A DNA stretch of 64,000 nucleotides from positions 6,170 through 70,169 of the forward strand of contig DAIMZI010000003.1 of assembly GCA_036734025.1 (NCBI GenBank). The letters are read 5' to 3'. Source of the stretch: Dichotomicrobium sp. (GTDB lineage Bacteria; Pseudomonadota; Alphaproteobacteria; Rhizobiales; Rhodomicrobiaceae). The position numbers were made by a program, and so were the translations under genes. Below, piece after piece: positions 8,770 to 18,329 of the stretch; the stretch's first letter is position 1, and every line of letters starts with the position of its first letter. The notes under the pieces were generated by a model that saw only the letters and a program-made list of their open reading frames with translations, was not told where the DNA came from and did not search any database.

Positions 8770-9816
8770 TTATTGGTGAACGAGATCATGAATATAGGAG
8801 AGCTTCGTTACGATGGTGGGGGAAATCACGAAAGGATAGAGATCGGGCTGTCCCATCGCCCGGTTCAGGCTGTTGATTGCGAGCGTCAGCGGCAGCCAGG
8901 CGTCGATCAGTTCTTCGATGCGTGCCGCATGGAATGGCGAGATGTTCAGGTCGATGTTCAGCCTTTCGCTCAGCGGCACTCGCGGGGCGATGCTGATCCC
9001 GAAGGATTGCGCCATTTCCAGCGTGTCGAGCATGTGCAGATAATGCGCCCAGGTCTCGGCGAAGTCCTCCCATGGATGAGCCGTGGCATAGGCGCTGATA
9101 TGAGTTTGCGCATAGCCTGCCGGCGCGCCGTTGGCATAATACCATTGAAGCGCCTGCGCATAATCCAGGCGTTCGTCGCCGAACAGCGCGCGAAAGCTGT
9201 CGAGCCGTCCTCCGTCGAGCACCAGCCGATCCCAGTAGAAATGGCCGATCTCATGGCGGAAATGGCCAAGCAGGGTGCGATAGGGCTCACCCATGCCGCT
9301 GCGTATCCGCTCGCGCTCGGCATTATCGGCTTCGGCGAGCGCGATGGTTATGATGCCATCGTCATGCCCTGTCGCCGGCCGCTCGCCATTCCACTCCGCC
9401 GAGAGAAAGTCGAACTGGAGAGGCTTGACATCGGGCCCGCCGGGTACCGGCAGGGGCACATTCAGTTTGAGCAGCGTATAAAGCAATTGCCGCTTGGCCA
9501 GCTCGATACGCTGCCAAAGGATAGTTCTGGAGGGATCGCTCAGATCGGGGATCGTACGGTTATGCTGGCAAGCCCGGCACAGGCTCTGAGCGTCGTCTTC
9601 CTGAAGCAGCCAGTTGCATGCCGCGCTCTGCCAGTTCCCACAAAAACGGAAACGGCCGAGTTCGGCGCTGAATGCCCGCCAGCCATCACCTTCCGGCTTC
9701 AATGGGATGACCTGTTCATTGCTGGGCAGAAAACCGACATTCAACCCGCATCGTTCGCACAAGGTATTTTCAAAGAACAGGATCTGGCGGCAGTTCTGGC
9801 AGGAAAACAGCTTCAT
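8770..9816 (-). CDS. Zinc-ribbon plus putative zinc metallopeptidase family protein
   Basis: N-terminal CxxC pairs (CQNCRQ...CERCG, CRACQ) and an HExxH motif (HFRHEIGHFYWD). The ATG at 9816 is preceded by AAGGAG. The track start at 9903 is rejected as an extension. Confidence 0.8.
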   Translation of the reverse strand: MKLFSCQNCRQILFFENTLCERCGLNVGFLPSNEQVIPLKPEGDGWRAFSAELGRFRFCGNWQSAACNWLLQEDDAQSLCRACQHNRTIPDLSDPSRTILWQRIELAKRQLLYTLLKLNVPLPVPGGPDVKPLQFDFLSAEWNGERPATGHDDGIITIALAEADNAERERIRSGMGEPYRTLLGHFRHEIGHFYWDRLVLDGGRLDSFRALFGDERLDYAQALQWYYANGAPAGYAQTHISAYATAHPWEDFAETWAHYLHMLDTLEMAQSFGISIAPRVPLSERLNIDLNISPFHAARIEELIDAWLPLTLAINSLNRAMGQPDLYPFVISPTIVTKLSYIHDLVHQ

Positions 9817-9970
9817 GCGGCATCTCCTTGCCACTTGGTACGGGTGCGGACATAAGGACATAGCATAGAGCAGAATACACGGCGATGGGTTGAGAGTCGG
9901 CATGCCGGTGCCGGACCGTGGATTTGACGGGGTATCACGAGGCGGGGTTCGACCAAGGGGAGGTCTGCCA

Positions 9971-11107
9971 ATGAGGATGCGTGCAGCAATATTGCGCGAA
10001 ATGGGAAAAGCGCGGCCCTATCATACGAGCCAGCCGCTCGGCATCGAACAGGTGGAACTCGATCCGCCGGGGCCGGGCGAAGTGCTGGTGCGGATTGCGG
10101 CTGCGGGACTGTGTCATTCCGATCTGTCGGTGATCAATGGCGACCGGCCGCGGCAGTTGCCCATGGTGCTGGGGCATGAAGCCTCGGGCGAGATCATCGA
10201 GCGAGGCTCGGGCGTCAGCGACGTGGGGCCGGGCGACCGCGTCATCTTCGTCTTTGTACCGAGTTGCGGCAATTGTCTGCCCTGCGCCGAGGGCCGGCCT
10301 GCCTTGTGCGAGCCGGCGGCTGAAGCCAATGGCGCGGGCCGTCTGATCGGCGGGCACACGCGATTGCACCAGGCGGGCGCGCCGATGTTTCATCATGTCG
10401 GTGTCTCGGCATTTGCCGAATATGCGGTCGTCTCGCGCCGCTCTGTGGTGCCGATCGACGATGATCTGGACCTGGCCGAGGCCGCCTTGTTCGGCTGTGC
10501 GGTGCTGACGGGTGCCGGCGCGGTTGTCAACACGGCAAAGGTGCCGCCGGGCGCGAGTGTGGCCATTGTCGGCCTGGGCGGAGTCGGGCTGATGGCGCTT
10601 CTGGCGGCCAGGCTCAGCGGGGCGGATCAGGTCATCGCGGTAGACCGGGTGGAGGCCAAGCTGCAACTGGCCAGGCAGATGGGGGCATCTCTCGGGGTGG
10701 ATGCGCGCGATCCCGACTGCGTGAACAAGGTGCGCGCGGCGACGGGCGGCGGCGCCGATTTTGCCTTCGAGATGGCCAGTTCCGCGCCTGCGCTTGAGTT
10801 GGCCTATGCGATCACGCGGCGCGGCGGCACCACCATCACCGCCAGCCTGCCGCACCCCGATGCGCGCATGGCCCTGCCCGCGACCAATCTCGTGGCGGAG
10901 GAGCGTACGCTGAAGGGCAGTTATATCGGCAGTTGCGTGCCGGTGCGCGACATCCCGCGGTTCATCTCGCTGTATCGGCGCGGGCTGATGCCCATCGACC
11001 AGGTGATGAGCGAGCGGATCGGATTTGACGGGATCAATGCAGCTTTCGACCGGCTGGCCGATGGCGTCAGCGTGCGCCAGATCCTAATCCCCGAGCAGAA
11101 TTCATGA
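9971..11107 (+). CDS. Zinc-dependent alcohol dehydrogenase family oxidoreductase
   Basis: GLCHSDLSV and VLGHEASGEI (catalytic Zn), CGNCLPCAEG (structural Zn cluster) and a GLGGVG Rossmann motif. RBS GGGGAGG lies before ATG 9971. Confidence 0.88.
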   Translation: MRMRAAILREMGKARPYHTSQPLGIEQVELDPPGPGEVLVRIAAAGLCHSDLSVINGDRPRQLPMVLGHEASGEIIERGSGVSDVGPGDRVIFVFVPSCGNCLPCAEGRPALCEPAAEANGAGRLIGGHTRLHQAGAPMFHHVGVSAFAEYAVVSRRSVVPIDDDLDLAEAALFGCAVLTGAGAVVNTAKVPPGASVAIVGLGGVGLMALLAARLSGADQVIAVDRVEAKLQLARQMGASLGVDARDPDCVNKVRAATGGGADFAFEMASSAPALELAYAITRRGGTTITASLPHPDARMALPATNLVAEERTLKGSYIGSCVPVRDIPRFISLYRRGLMPIDQVMSERIGFDGINAAFDRLADGVSVRQILIPEQNS

Positions 11108-11168
11108 TACAGCGGCGCGCTCTGTCTGCGCTGTCGCTGCCGTCTCGGCGTCCAGATCAAGTTCGCCG

Positions 11169-11343
11169 TCATCGCAAGGCTGCTCGACTGCGCGGATCGG
11201 CGTGAGTCAGGCCGATGGCTCCGGCGGGCGTGATGTTGCCGAGCCGCGCGGACGGGACCAGCCAGCACAGGGCGCAGTAGCCGGCATAACGCGACGATGA
11301 GGAAGAACAGCTTGCGCACACCCAGCGTGAACGTGTTCTTCAT
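11169..11343 (-). pseudogene. Possible frameshifted small membrane-protein ORF downstream of dapD
   Basis: ATG 11343 has AAAGGG upstream. The first 18 codons (MKNTFTLGVRKLFFLIVA) show very high GC3. Coding-like GC3 then continues in the +1 frame (YAGYCALCWLVPSARLGNITPAGAIGLTHADPRSRAALR, stop TGA at 11169-11171). The apparent shift lies near 11281-11295. Confidence 0.35.
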
Positions 11344-11374
11344 CGCGCTAGGCCCTTTATTGTATGCGGCCCGG

Positions 11375-12214
11375 TCAGGTGCGCAACAGCTCGTTGATCG
11401 ACGTCTTCGCGCGCGTGCCCTCGTCGACGCGCTTGACGATCACCGCGCAGTAGAGCGACGGTCCGGGCGAGCCATCAGGCAGCGGCTTGCCGGGGAGTGC
11501 GCCGGGGACCACGACGGAAAAAGGCGGGACTTCGCCGCGGAACACTTCGCCCGTATTGCGGTCCACGATCTTGGTGGATGCGCCGATATAAACGCCCATC
11601 GACAGCACCGCGCCTTCGCGCACGATCACGCCTTCGGCCACTTCCGCGCGCGCGCCGATGAAGCAACCGTCCTCGATGATGACCGGGCTCGCCTGCAATG
11701 GCTCCAGCACGCCGCCGATGCCCGCGCCGCCGGACAGATGCACGTTCCTGCCGATCTGCGCGCACGAGCCGACGGTTGCCCATGTGTCGATCATCGTGCC
11801 CTCGCCGATATGCGCGCCCAGATTGACGAAGCTCGGCATAAGCACTACCCCCGGCGCAACATGGGCCGAGTGGCGCACGATGGCGCCCGGCACCGCCCGG
11901 AAGCCGGCGGCGCGAAACTGTGCCTCGCCCCAGCCGGCAAATTTGGACGGCACCTTGTCCCACCAGTTGGCGCTGCCCGGCCCGCCGGATATCGTCGTCA
12001 TGTCGTTCAGCCGGAACGACAGCAGCACCGCCTTTTTCAGCCATTCGTTGACGACCCAGCCGCCGCTGGACGGTTCGGCCACGCGGGCCTTGCCGCTGTC
12101 GAGCAGCGAGAGTGCGGTGTTGACGGCTTCACGCACCGCTCCTCCCGTGGCGGGAGACAGGCTCTCGCGCGCCTCAAACGCGTTCTCGATCGTGGTGCGG
12201 ATATCGTCGGTCAT
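11375..12214 (-). CDS. dapD: 2,3,4,5-tetrahydropyridine-2,6-dicarboxylate N-succinyltransferase
   Basis: 279 aa. Left-handed beta-helix hexapeptide repeats and the conserved [17 protein letters not shown]-domain. Confidence 0.93.
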   Translation of the reverse strand: MTDDIRTTIENAFEARESLSPATGGAVREAVNTALSLLDSGKARVAEPSSGGWVVNEWLKKAVLLSFRLNDMTTISGGPGSANWWDKVPSKFAGWGEAQFRAAGFRAVPGAIVRHSAHVAPGVVLMPSFVNLGAHIGEGTMIDTWATVGSCAQIGRNVHLSGGAGIGGVLEPLQASPVIIEDGCFIGARAEVAEGVIVREGAVLSMGVYIGASTKIVDRNTGEVFRGEVPPFSVVVPGALPGKPLPDGSPGPSLYCAVIVKRVDEGTRAKTSINELLRT

Positions 12215-12253
12215 GATCTTGCATCCTTAAGACGCGGCTGGAATGGGCGAAGA

Positions 12254-13033
12254 TCAGCTTTTCTCACCGCCCTGTGCGCCCCTGTCAACCGGGGCTGCCG
12301 GCGCCGCTGGCAAAACCGTGCTCAATTCCAGCAGGAAGCCGGTCAGATCATCTGTTGCATGATGGACATGCGGCGGCAGGGGCCGACCGGGCCGGATGTC
12401 GCGTTGGGAGGGATGATCGGCATAGGAGGAATGAACCAGCACCGTGACCATGCCCATGGCGTGCGCGGTCTCCAGATTGTGGGGAAGGTCCTCGAACATC
12501 GCGGCGCGGCGCGGGTCGGCCCCGAAAGCCGCGCAGGCGCGGTCGAACGCATGGCGCGTCGGCTTGGGAATGTAGTCGGATGCGGCAATGTCGAAAATAT
12601 CATCAAAGCAATGCAGCACCCCCAGCTTGGTCGCGACCCGCTCGGCATGCCAGCGCGAGCCATTGGTGAAGATGTAGCGCTTGCCCGGCAACGCCAGGGC
12701 CGCTTCGGCCAGGCCCGGCGCGGGCTCGATCGGGCTCAGGTCGATGTCGTGGACATAGTCGAGGAAATCGCTCGGCTTCACGCCATGCTGTTTCATCAGC
12801 CCGGCGAGCGTCGTCCCGAAGGTGTGATAATAGTGTTTCTGGATGCGCCGGGCTTCTTCCGGCACGACCTCCAGATAAGTGGCGATGAATTCGCCCATGC
12901 GCTGGTCAATCTGTACGAACAGATTGCTCTCCGCCGGGTAGAGCGTGTTGTCGAGATCAAAGATCCATGTCTCGACATCGCGGAAGGCCGCGAGCCCGGG
13001 CGGCTGCGCCGGGCGGATATCATCATTCCCCAT
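12254..13033 (-). CDS. HAD-superfamily pyrimidine 5'-nucleotidase-type hydrolase
   Basis: [10 protein letters not shown] (HAD motif I), IFTNGS, and FEDLPHNL near the C-terminal motif. It overlaps the argB stop by 11 nt. Confidence 0.8.
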   Translation of the reverse strand: MGNDDIRPAQPPGLAAFRDVETWIFDLDNTLYPAESNLFVQIDQRMGEFIATYLEVVPEEARRIQKHYYHTFGTTLAGLMKQHGVKPSDFLDYVHDIDLSPIEPAPGLAEAALALPGKRYIFTNGSRWHAERVATKLGVLHCFDDIFDIAASDYIPKPTRHAFDRACAAFGADPRRAAMFEDLPHNLETAHAMGMVTVLVHSSYADHPSQRDIRPGRPLPPHVHHATDDLTGFLLELSTVLPAAPAAPVDRGAQGGEKS

Positions 13034-13964
13034 GGGTCTTGCCTTGCTTAATGGTGTTGTCGGCCTTCAGCAGCGTGCCCACCCCGTGGGCAGTGAACAG
13101 CTCCAGCAGCACCGCATGCGGTACCTTGCCGTCAATGATGACCACGCCCTCCACACCGGCCTCGACAGCGGCCATGCAGGTCTCGATCTTGGGGATCATG
13201 CCGCCGGATATTGTGCCATCGGCAATCAGCGCGCGCGCCCTGTGCGTGTCGAGCGAGGTGATGAGCTGGCCGTCGCGGTCCTGCACACCGGGCACGTCGG
13301 TCAGCAGCAGCAGCCGCTTGGCCGCCATCGCGGCTGCCAGCGCGCCGGCGAATGTATCGGCATTGATGTTGTAGGTGGTACCGTCGCGCGCCACGCCGAT
13401 CGGCGCAATCACGGGGATCAGATCGCTCGATGTGATGATGTCCACGATGTGCGGGTTGACGCTTTCGGGCTCACCGACGAAGCCCAGATCGACGACCCGC
13501 TCGATGTTCGACTGCGGATCGCGGACGCGGCGCTCCAGCTTGCGCGCGATCATCAGCCCGGCGTCCTTGCCCGAGATGCCGCATGCCTTGCCGCCGAAGC
13601 GGTTGATCAGCGTCACGATCTGCTTGTTGATCGACCCGGCCAGCACCATTTCGACGATGTCGATTGTCTGGCGGTCGGTGACGCGCAAACCGTCGGTGAA
13701 TTCGCTGCGTATGTTCAGCCGCTCAAGCAGCGAGGCGATCTGCGGTCCACCGCCATGCACCACGATCGGGCGCACCCCGGCCTGCTTGAGCAGCACGATG
13801 TCGCGGGCAAAGGTCGAGGACAGCGTTTCGTCGCCCATGGCATGCCCGCCATATTTGACGATCACGGTCTGGCGATCATAACGCTGCATGAAGGGCAGTG
13901 CTTCGGAAAGCACTTTGGCCTGAAGGGCGGGTCCAGACATGGAATTTGCGGCATCATCGGCCAT
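13023..13964 (-). CDS. argB: Acetylglutamate kinase
   Basis: [21 protein letters not shown] and YNINADT motifs. ATG 13964 is preceded by AAGGA. The track start at 14030 is rejected. Confidence 0.93.
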   Translation of the reverse strand: MADDAANSMSGPALQAKVLSEALPFMQRYDRQTVIVKYGGHAMGDETLSSTFARDIVLLKQAGVRPIVVHGGGPQIASLLERLNIRSEFTDGLRVTDRQTIDIVEMVLAGSINKQIVTLINRFGGKACGISGKDAGLMIARKLERRVRDPQSNIERVVDLGFVGEPESVNPHIVDIITSSDLIPVIAPIGVARDGTTYNINADTFAGALAAAMAAKRLLLLTDVPGVQDRDGQLITSLDTHRARALIADGTISGGMIPKIETCMAAVEAGVEGVVIIDGKVPHAVLLELFTAHGVGTLLKADNTIKQGKTHGE

Positions 13965-14165
13965 GGATTTGTCCTTGTGGCTCAGGCGGTCGCGCACGGG
14001 GCGCGGGCGGATCGCTGCCAAACAGACCACGTTCAGACCGGTCCGGCAAGCAGCACCTGTTACCAGTCACACCGCCCGCGCGAACGCAATTTGGCCGGAA
14101 TGAACGCTGATACAGGCTTTGCGGTTCCACTCTTGAATTAATGGCAGAGGCCAGGGAAAAGCAGT

Positions 14166-15713
14166 ATGTTTCTATCGCCGAAGCCGGAAGGAAAGCGCCG
14201 CATGAACGATCGTTCCGGGCAGTCCAGTGAAATTCCGCAGTCTGCCTATCTCGCCAACACGATGGGCCGGGCATTCTCGCTGGCATCAAAGCGCGGCAGC
14301 GCGCTCGTGCTGCTCGAACATGTCCTGTTCGCTCTGCTCGATGATCCGGACGCCCTTGCTCTGATGGAGGGCTGCAACACCGACATTCCCTCGATCCGCG
14401 TCGAGATCACCGAGATCATTCGCCGGCGCACGCCCGACACGTCCCAGCCCGACTCGATCAAGCCGCGACCCAGCGATCAGCTTCGGCAGCTGATGTTCAC
14501 CTCAACACGGGCTGCGCGCGAGACCGGGCGCATGGAAATTGACGGTGCGATCCTGCTTGCGGCGCTGGCAGGGCAGTCCGATACCGGCGTTGGCGTCCTG
14601 CTGAACCGGCATGGCCTCAATCTGGGGAATGCCATTGCCTGGCTCGGCGAGGACCCGAAACAACCGGCCAGAGCCCGCCGGCAGATGCCCGAAACGGCTC
14701 CGGCGCCCATTGCGCCGCCGCGCCGGCAATCTCCGCCGCCGCGCGCCGAACCGCCACCACGCCGACAGCCCGCGCCCCCGCGTGCCGAGCCGCCACCGCG
14801 CCAGGCGCCGCGCCCCGCGCCGACTGATCGTGACGAAGCCGGCCCGTCTCTGGAAGAGATGCTGGCGAGCATTCGTGATGTCATGGAGGCCGAGGACGAT
14901 GAAATCGCGCTTCCGCACGAGGCCCCCACACGCGACGCCCCTGCGCGCGAGGCCCCGCCGGAGCGGCCGCGTTCACGCCGCGCGCCTGCCGGCCCGGCCA
15001 ATCCGGATCCCCGCGCCCCGGCGGGACGCGCCGCAAGAGCCCCGGCTCCGGCCCGTGACGGGGTGATCGGCTATGGCGCGGGCAATGCCAGCCAGAAAGA
15101 GCGCGCGCCAGCGCCGCGCGGCCCTGCAAGGCGGCCCGCGCCAGTCGCCGCTGAAGCACCGCCTCAGTCGCAAGCCGAGACCGAAAGGACCGTCAGGTTC
15201 GGCAAGCTCGTCGAGCGGATCCCCAGGATCATGCGTGAGGGCACCGCCGAGACCATCGAGGTGCGCATCGCGCGCGAGGCCACCGAAGCGCTGCTTGCCG
15301 GGCTTGATGGACGCGGCTCTGCGCAAAGCCACAAGATCGCCGTCACCCGCGCCATGAGCCTTTATCTGCGCGCGCCCGATGGCGGCTTCATGATCGAGCC
15401 TCTGGCCCCGGAAACGCAGTGGATCTTCGACCGGCCCTCCTTCCTCGACAGCGAGCCGTTCGGGCGCTGGCGCTGGCAGGTGATGCCGACCGCGCGCGGC
15501 CGGCGACGCCTGCAACTGGTGGCCGCGGCGCGAAGCGTCGATGAAAACGGCATGATCGGGGATACCGCGCTGCCCGAACAGGTGATCGAAGTGCATGTGC
15601 GCATAAACTGGGGGCGCTGGGCGGCCAAGGCGGCGCTGTGGGCGGTGCTCGCGATCATCGGCGGCGTTTTGACGCAGGCAGCCATGATCGGCTGGGACAT
15701 GTTCCTGCGCTAG
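14166..15713 (+). CDS. Orphan Clp N-terminal (ClpA/ClpB N-domain) repeat protein with a Pro-rich disordered linker, a PopZ-like EEMLASIR motif, a C-terminal globular domain and a terminal TM anchor
   Basis: LLEHVLFALL...PSIRVEI and PSDQLRQLMFTSTRAARETGRMEIDGAILLAAL...GNAIAWL parallel the two Clp_N repeats of ClpA. The PPRRQ/PPRAE repeats follow, then GPSLEEMLASIRDVMEAEDDE (nt 14841-14903). The C-terminal AALWAVLAIIGGVLTQAAMIGW is hydrophobic. An alternative start is ATG 14202. Confidence 0.7.
   Translation: MFLSPKPEGKRRMNDRSGQSSEIPQSAYLANTMGRAFSLASKRGSALVLLEHVLFALLDDPDALALMEGCNTDIPSIRVEITEIIRRRTPDTSQPDSIKPRPSDQLRQLMFTSTRAARETGRMEIDGAILLAALAGQSDTGVGVLLNRHGLNLGNAIAWLGEDPKQPARARRQMPETAPAPIAPPRRQSPPPRAEPPPRRQPAPPRAEPPPRQAPRPAPTDRDEAGPSLEEMLASIRDVMEAEDDEIALPHEAPTRDAPAREAPPERPRSRRAPAGPANPDPRAPAGRAARAPAPARDGVIGYGAGNASQKERAPAPRGPARRPAPVAAEAPPQSQAETERTVRFGKLVERIPRIMREGTAETIEVRIAREATEALLAGLDGRGSAQSHKIAVTRAMSLYLRAPDGGFMIEPLAPETQWIFDRPSFLDSEPFGRWRWQVMPTARGRRRLQLVAAARSVDENGMIGDTALPEQVIEVHVRINWGRWAAKAALWAVLAIIGGVLTQAAMIGWDMFLR
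14715..14812 (+). repeat. In-frame 39-nt tandem repeat (~2.5 copies) encoding PPRRQ(S/P)(P/A)PPRAEP
   Basis: Copy 1 is 14715-14753, copy 2 is 14754-14792, and a partial copy runs from 14793. Read directly from the codons. Confidence 0.8.
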
Positions 15714-15805
15714 TACCAATTCACCTCGGCTAAGTACGCGGCGCGCGTGGCGCGAAATCGGGCGACAGATGTCGCCTGAAAATGAATGATGCGGAATGCA
15801 ACCGC

Positions 15806-17464
15806 TCAGGCCGCGCTCAGCCACATGCGCGCAGCGATCGCAGCGAGCGCCAGCGCGCCAACCCACAGTGCCAGACGCCCCACCCAGGCGTTGCGGCTGC
15901 CAGCCTGGCCCAGATGCGCCACAGTGGGCTCATCGAGCCGCAGCCCCTCGGCGCTGATCCGCGACAGGCTCTCGCCCAGTTGCCCCGCCCGTTCGGCCAG
16001 TTGCGGCAACGTGCCGAGCAGACCGATGACGCTGGCAGCACCGTCGGCGGCCTCGCGCAGGCGCGCACCCGGGCCGATCTGGCCGTTCATCCATTCGCGC
16101 ACCACGGGTTCGGCGGCGTCCCACATGTTCAGCCGCGGATCGAGCGAGCGCGCCACACCCTCGACCACCACCATGGTCTTTTGCAGCAACAGCAGTTCGG
16201 GCCGCGTCCTCATGTCGAACATTTCCGTGACTTCGAAGAGCTGACCCAGCACCCGGCCCATCGAAATCTCGTCGGCGGTGCGGTCCTTGAGCGGCTCGCC
16301 GATGGCGCGAAGCGCCTGCGCGAAAGTGTGAATATCCTGATGCGGCGGGACATAGCCGGCTTCGAAATGAACCCGTGCGCTGCGCTCATAGCCTCTGGTG
16401 ATGAAGCCATAGAGGATTTCGGCAAGAAACCGCTGTTCGCGCGGGCCCAGCCGCCCCATGATGCCGAAGTCCACCGCGACGATGCGTCCGTCGCGGTCCA
16501 CGAACAGATTGCCCTGGTGCATGTCGGCATGAAAGAAGCCGTCGCGCATGGCGTGTTTCAGGAAGGCGCGGATGACGCGGTTGCCGAGCGCCTGCCGGTC
16601 GATGCCGGCGCGGTCGATGGCGGCGTTATCGGCGATTGGAATCGCATCCACCCATTCAAGCGTCAGCACCCGCCGTGAGGTGCGGGTCCAGTCGATGGCC
16701 GGCACGCGGAAATCGTCATCGCCGTGGCTCTGGATGTTTTCCGCCATCTCCGAAAGGGCAGCAGCTTCCATGCGCAGGTCCATTTCCAGTTCGACCCACT
16801 GCGCCAGGGTATCGACCACGGCGACCGGGCGAAGCCGGCGCGATGGCGGGTGAAACCGCTCGATCTGGCGCGCGGCGAAATAAAACGTGTCCAGATCGCG
16901 CTTGAAGCGCCGCTCCACATCCGGGCGCAGGATCTTCACCGCAACATCGCGCGTGCCGCCGCCGGGCTGGCGCACCTTGGCCTTGTGCACCTGCGCTATC
17001 GAGGCCGCCGCGACGGGTTCGCTGAAATCATCAAACAGCGTCTCCACCGGCGCGCCCAACGAGGTCTCGATTGCCTTGCGGGCCCGGGCCATCGAGAACG
17101 GCGCCATCCTGTCGCGAAGCCCGGACAATTCGCCCGCCAGTTCAAGGCCGATCAGATCGGGGCGCGTCGCCAGGAACTGACCGAGCTTGATGTAGCTGGG
17201 GCCAAGCGTGGCCACCGCCCGCGACAGACGTCCGCCTGAATGCGAGGGCTCGGCTGGATCCTGACCCGTCCGGCGCTTGCGACGCAGCAGGCCAAGAGGG
17301 CCGGGCAGGGCCAGATTGTCCGGCAGGATCCGCACACCGTGCCGAAGGAACACGACACCAGCGCGCGCCAGGCGAAAAATGTGGACCACCGCGTTCAAGC
17401 CAATGCCTCTCGTCGAAATCTCATGCACGGGCCGCGCGCTTGCGCCCTTGCCAGCATTTGTCAC
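15806..17464 (-). CDS. ubiB: Ubiquinone biosynthesis regulatory protein kinase UbiB (ABC1/ADCK family)
   Basis: 552 aa with ABC1 kinase motifs ([26 protein letters not shown]) and C-terminal TM helices. The GTG start at 17464 overlaps the ubiE stop (GTGA). Confidence 0.9.
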   Translation of the reverse strand: MTNAGKGASARPVHEISTRGIGLNAVVHIFRLARAGVVFLRHGVRILPDNLALPGPLGLLRRKRRTGQDPAEPSHSGGRLSRAVATLGPSYIKLGQFLATRPDLIGLELAGELSGLRDRMAPFSMARARKAIETSLGAPVETLFDDFSEPVAAASIAQVHKAKVRQPGGGTRDVAVKILRPDVERRFKRDLDTFYFAARQIERFHPPSRRLRPVAVVDTLAQWVELEMDLRMEAAALSEMAENIQSHGDDDFRVPAIDWTRTSRRVLTLEWVDAIPIADNAAIDRAGIDRQALGNRVIRAFLKHAMRDGFFHADMHQGNLFVDRDGRIVAVDFGIMGRLGPREQRFLAEILYGFITRGYERSARVHFEAGYVPPHQDIHTFAQALRAIGEPLKDRTADEISMGRVLGQLFEVTEMFDMRTRPELLLLQKTMVVVEGVARSLDPRLNMWDAAEPVVREWMNGQIGPGARLREAADGAASVIGLLGTLPQLAERAGQLGESLSRISAEGLRLDEPTVAHLGQAGSRNAWVGRLALWVGALALAAIAARMWLSAA

Positions 17465-18252
17465 AGGCGCCAGCCGGAATGGATCGCGGCGATGCCCCCG
17501 GAAAGGTTGCGATATTGCACGCGCGCAAATCCGGCAGATGCGATCATCGCGGCAAATCTGTCCTGGTCGGGAAATCTGGCGATGCTCTCGACCAGATAGC
17601 GGTAGGCCTCACCATCGCCGGCGACGGCTTCGCCGAGCCTGGGTATCAGGTTGAAGGAATAGATATCGTAAATCCGGTCCAGCATCGGCATCTGAACCTG
17701 GGAAAATTCGAGGCACAGGAACCGGCCGCCGGGTTTCAGCACCCGAAAGGCTTCGCGCAGCGCCGCTTCCCGGTCCGTGACATTGCGGATGCCGAAGCCG
17801 ATCGTATAGGCATCGCAACTCTTTTGCCCGAATGGCAGGGCCTCGGCATTGGCCTGAACCAGTGCCAGACGCGAGCCCTCGTCCGCAGCCGCCATGCGCT
17901 CGCGCCCGGCATCAAGCATCTCGGCCGAAATATCGCAGATGATGGCCTCTGACAGCGGGCCGCCCGCACGCAGGAACCGTGCTGCGATGTCGCCTGTGCC
18001 GCCGGCCACGTCGAGCAGGCGGAACGACCTGCCGCGCGGCGGCGCCAGCCAGTTGATGACGGCGTCCTTCCACAGCCGGTGCAGTCCGCCCGACATCAGA
18101 TCGTTCATCAGATCATAGCGGCGCGCCACGCGGGCGAAGACGTTGTTCACAAGCCCCTGACGCGCGTCGAGCGGCACATCCGAAAAGCCGAAATCGGTCT
18201 GATCCGCGCGGGGCGGGGAAACACTGTCGCGGGTATTCATGCGCAGGACCAT
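17461..18252 (-). CDS. ubiE: Demethylmenaquinone / 2-methoxy-6-polyprenyl-1,4-benzoquinol methyltransferase
   Basis: [21 protein letters not shown] and the SAM-binding LDVAGGTGD motif. An alternative start is ATG 18240. Confidence 0.93.
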   Translation of the reverse strand: MVLRMNTRDSVSPPRADQTDFGFSDVPLDARQGLVNNVFARVARRYDLMNDLMSGGLHRLWKDAVINWLAPPRGRSFRLLDVAGGTGDIAARFLRAGGPLSEAIICDISAEMLDAGRERMAAADEGSRLALVQANAEALPFGQKSCDAYTIGFGIRNVTDREAALREAFRVLKPGGRFLCLEFSQVQMPMLDRIYDIYSFNLIPRLGEAVAGDGEAYRYLVESIARFPDQDRFAAMIASAGFARVQYRNLSGGIAAIHSGWRL

Positions 18253-18329
18253 AGCCTAACTTTTTTGGGCAAGCTATTGTTCGCAATGTGCTTGGCCCCA
18301 TGATGCAGACGAGAGCCGACCAGCCGACC

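Noticed and set aside
10921-11343. The 140-aa minus-strand track ORF taken as an intact gene.
   Set aside because: Only its first ~18 codons look coding. The remainder is Arg-rich and runs antisense into the alcohol dehydrogenase gene. I reinterpreted it as a frameshifted small ORF (11169-11343).
11297-14141. Long plus-strand ORFs (11297-13051, 584 aa; 12945-14141, 398 aa).
   Set aside because: They are antisense to dapD, the HAD nucleotidase and argB, all confidently identified on the minus strand.
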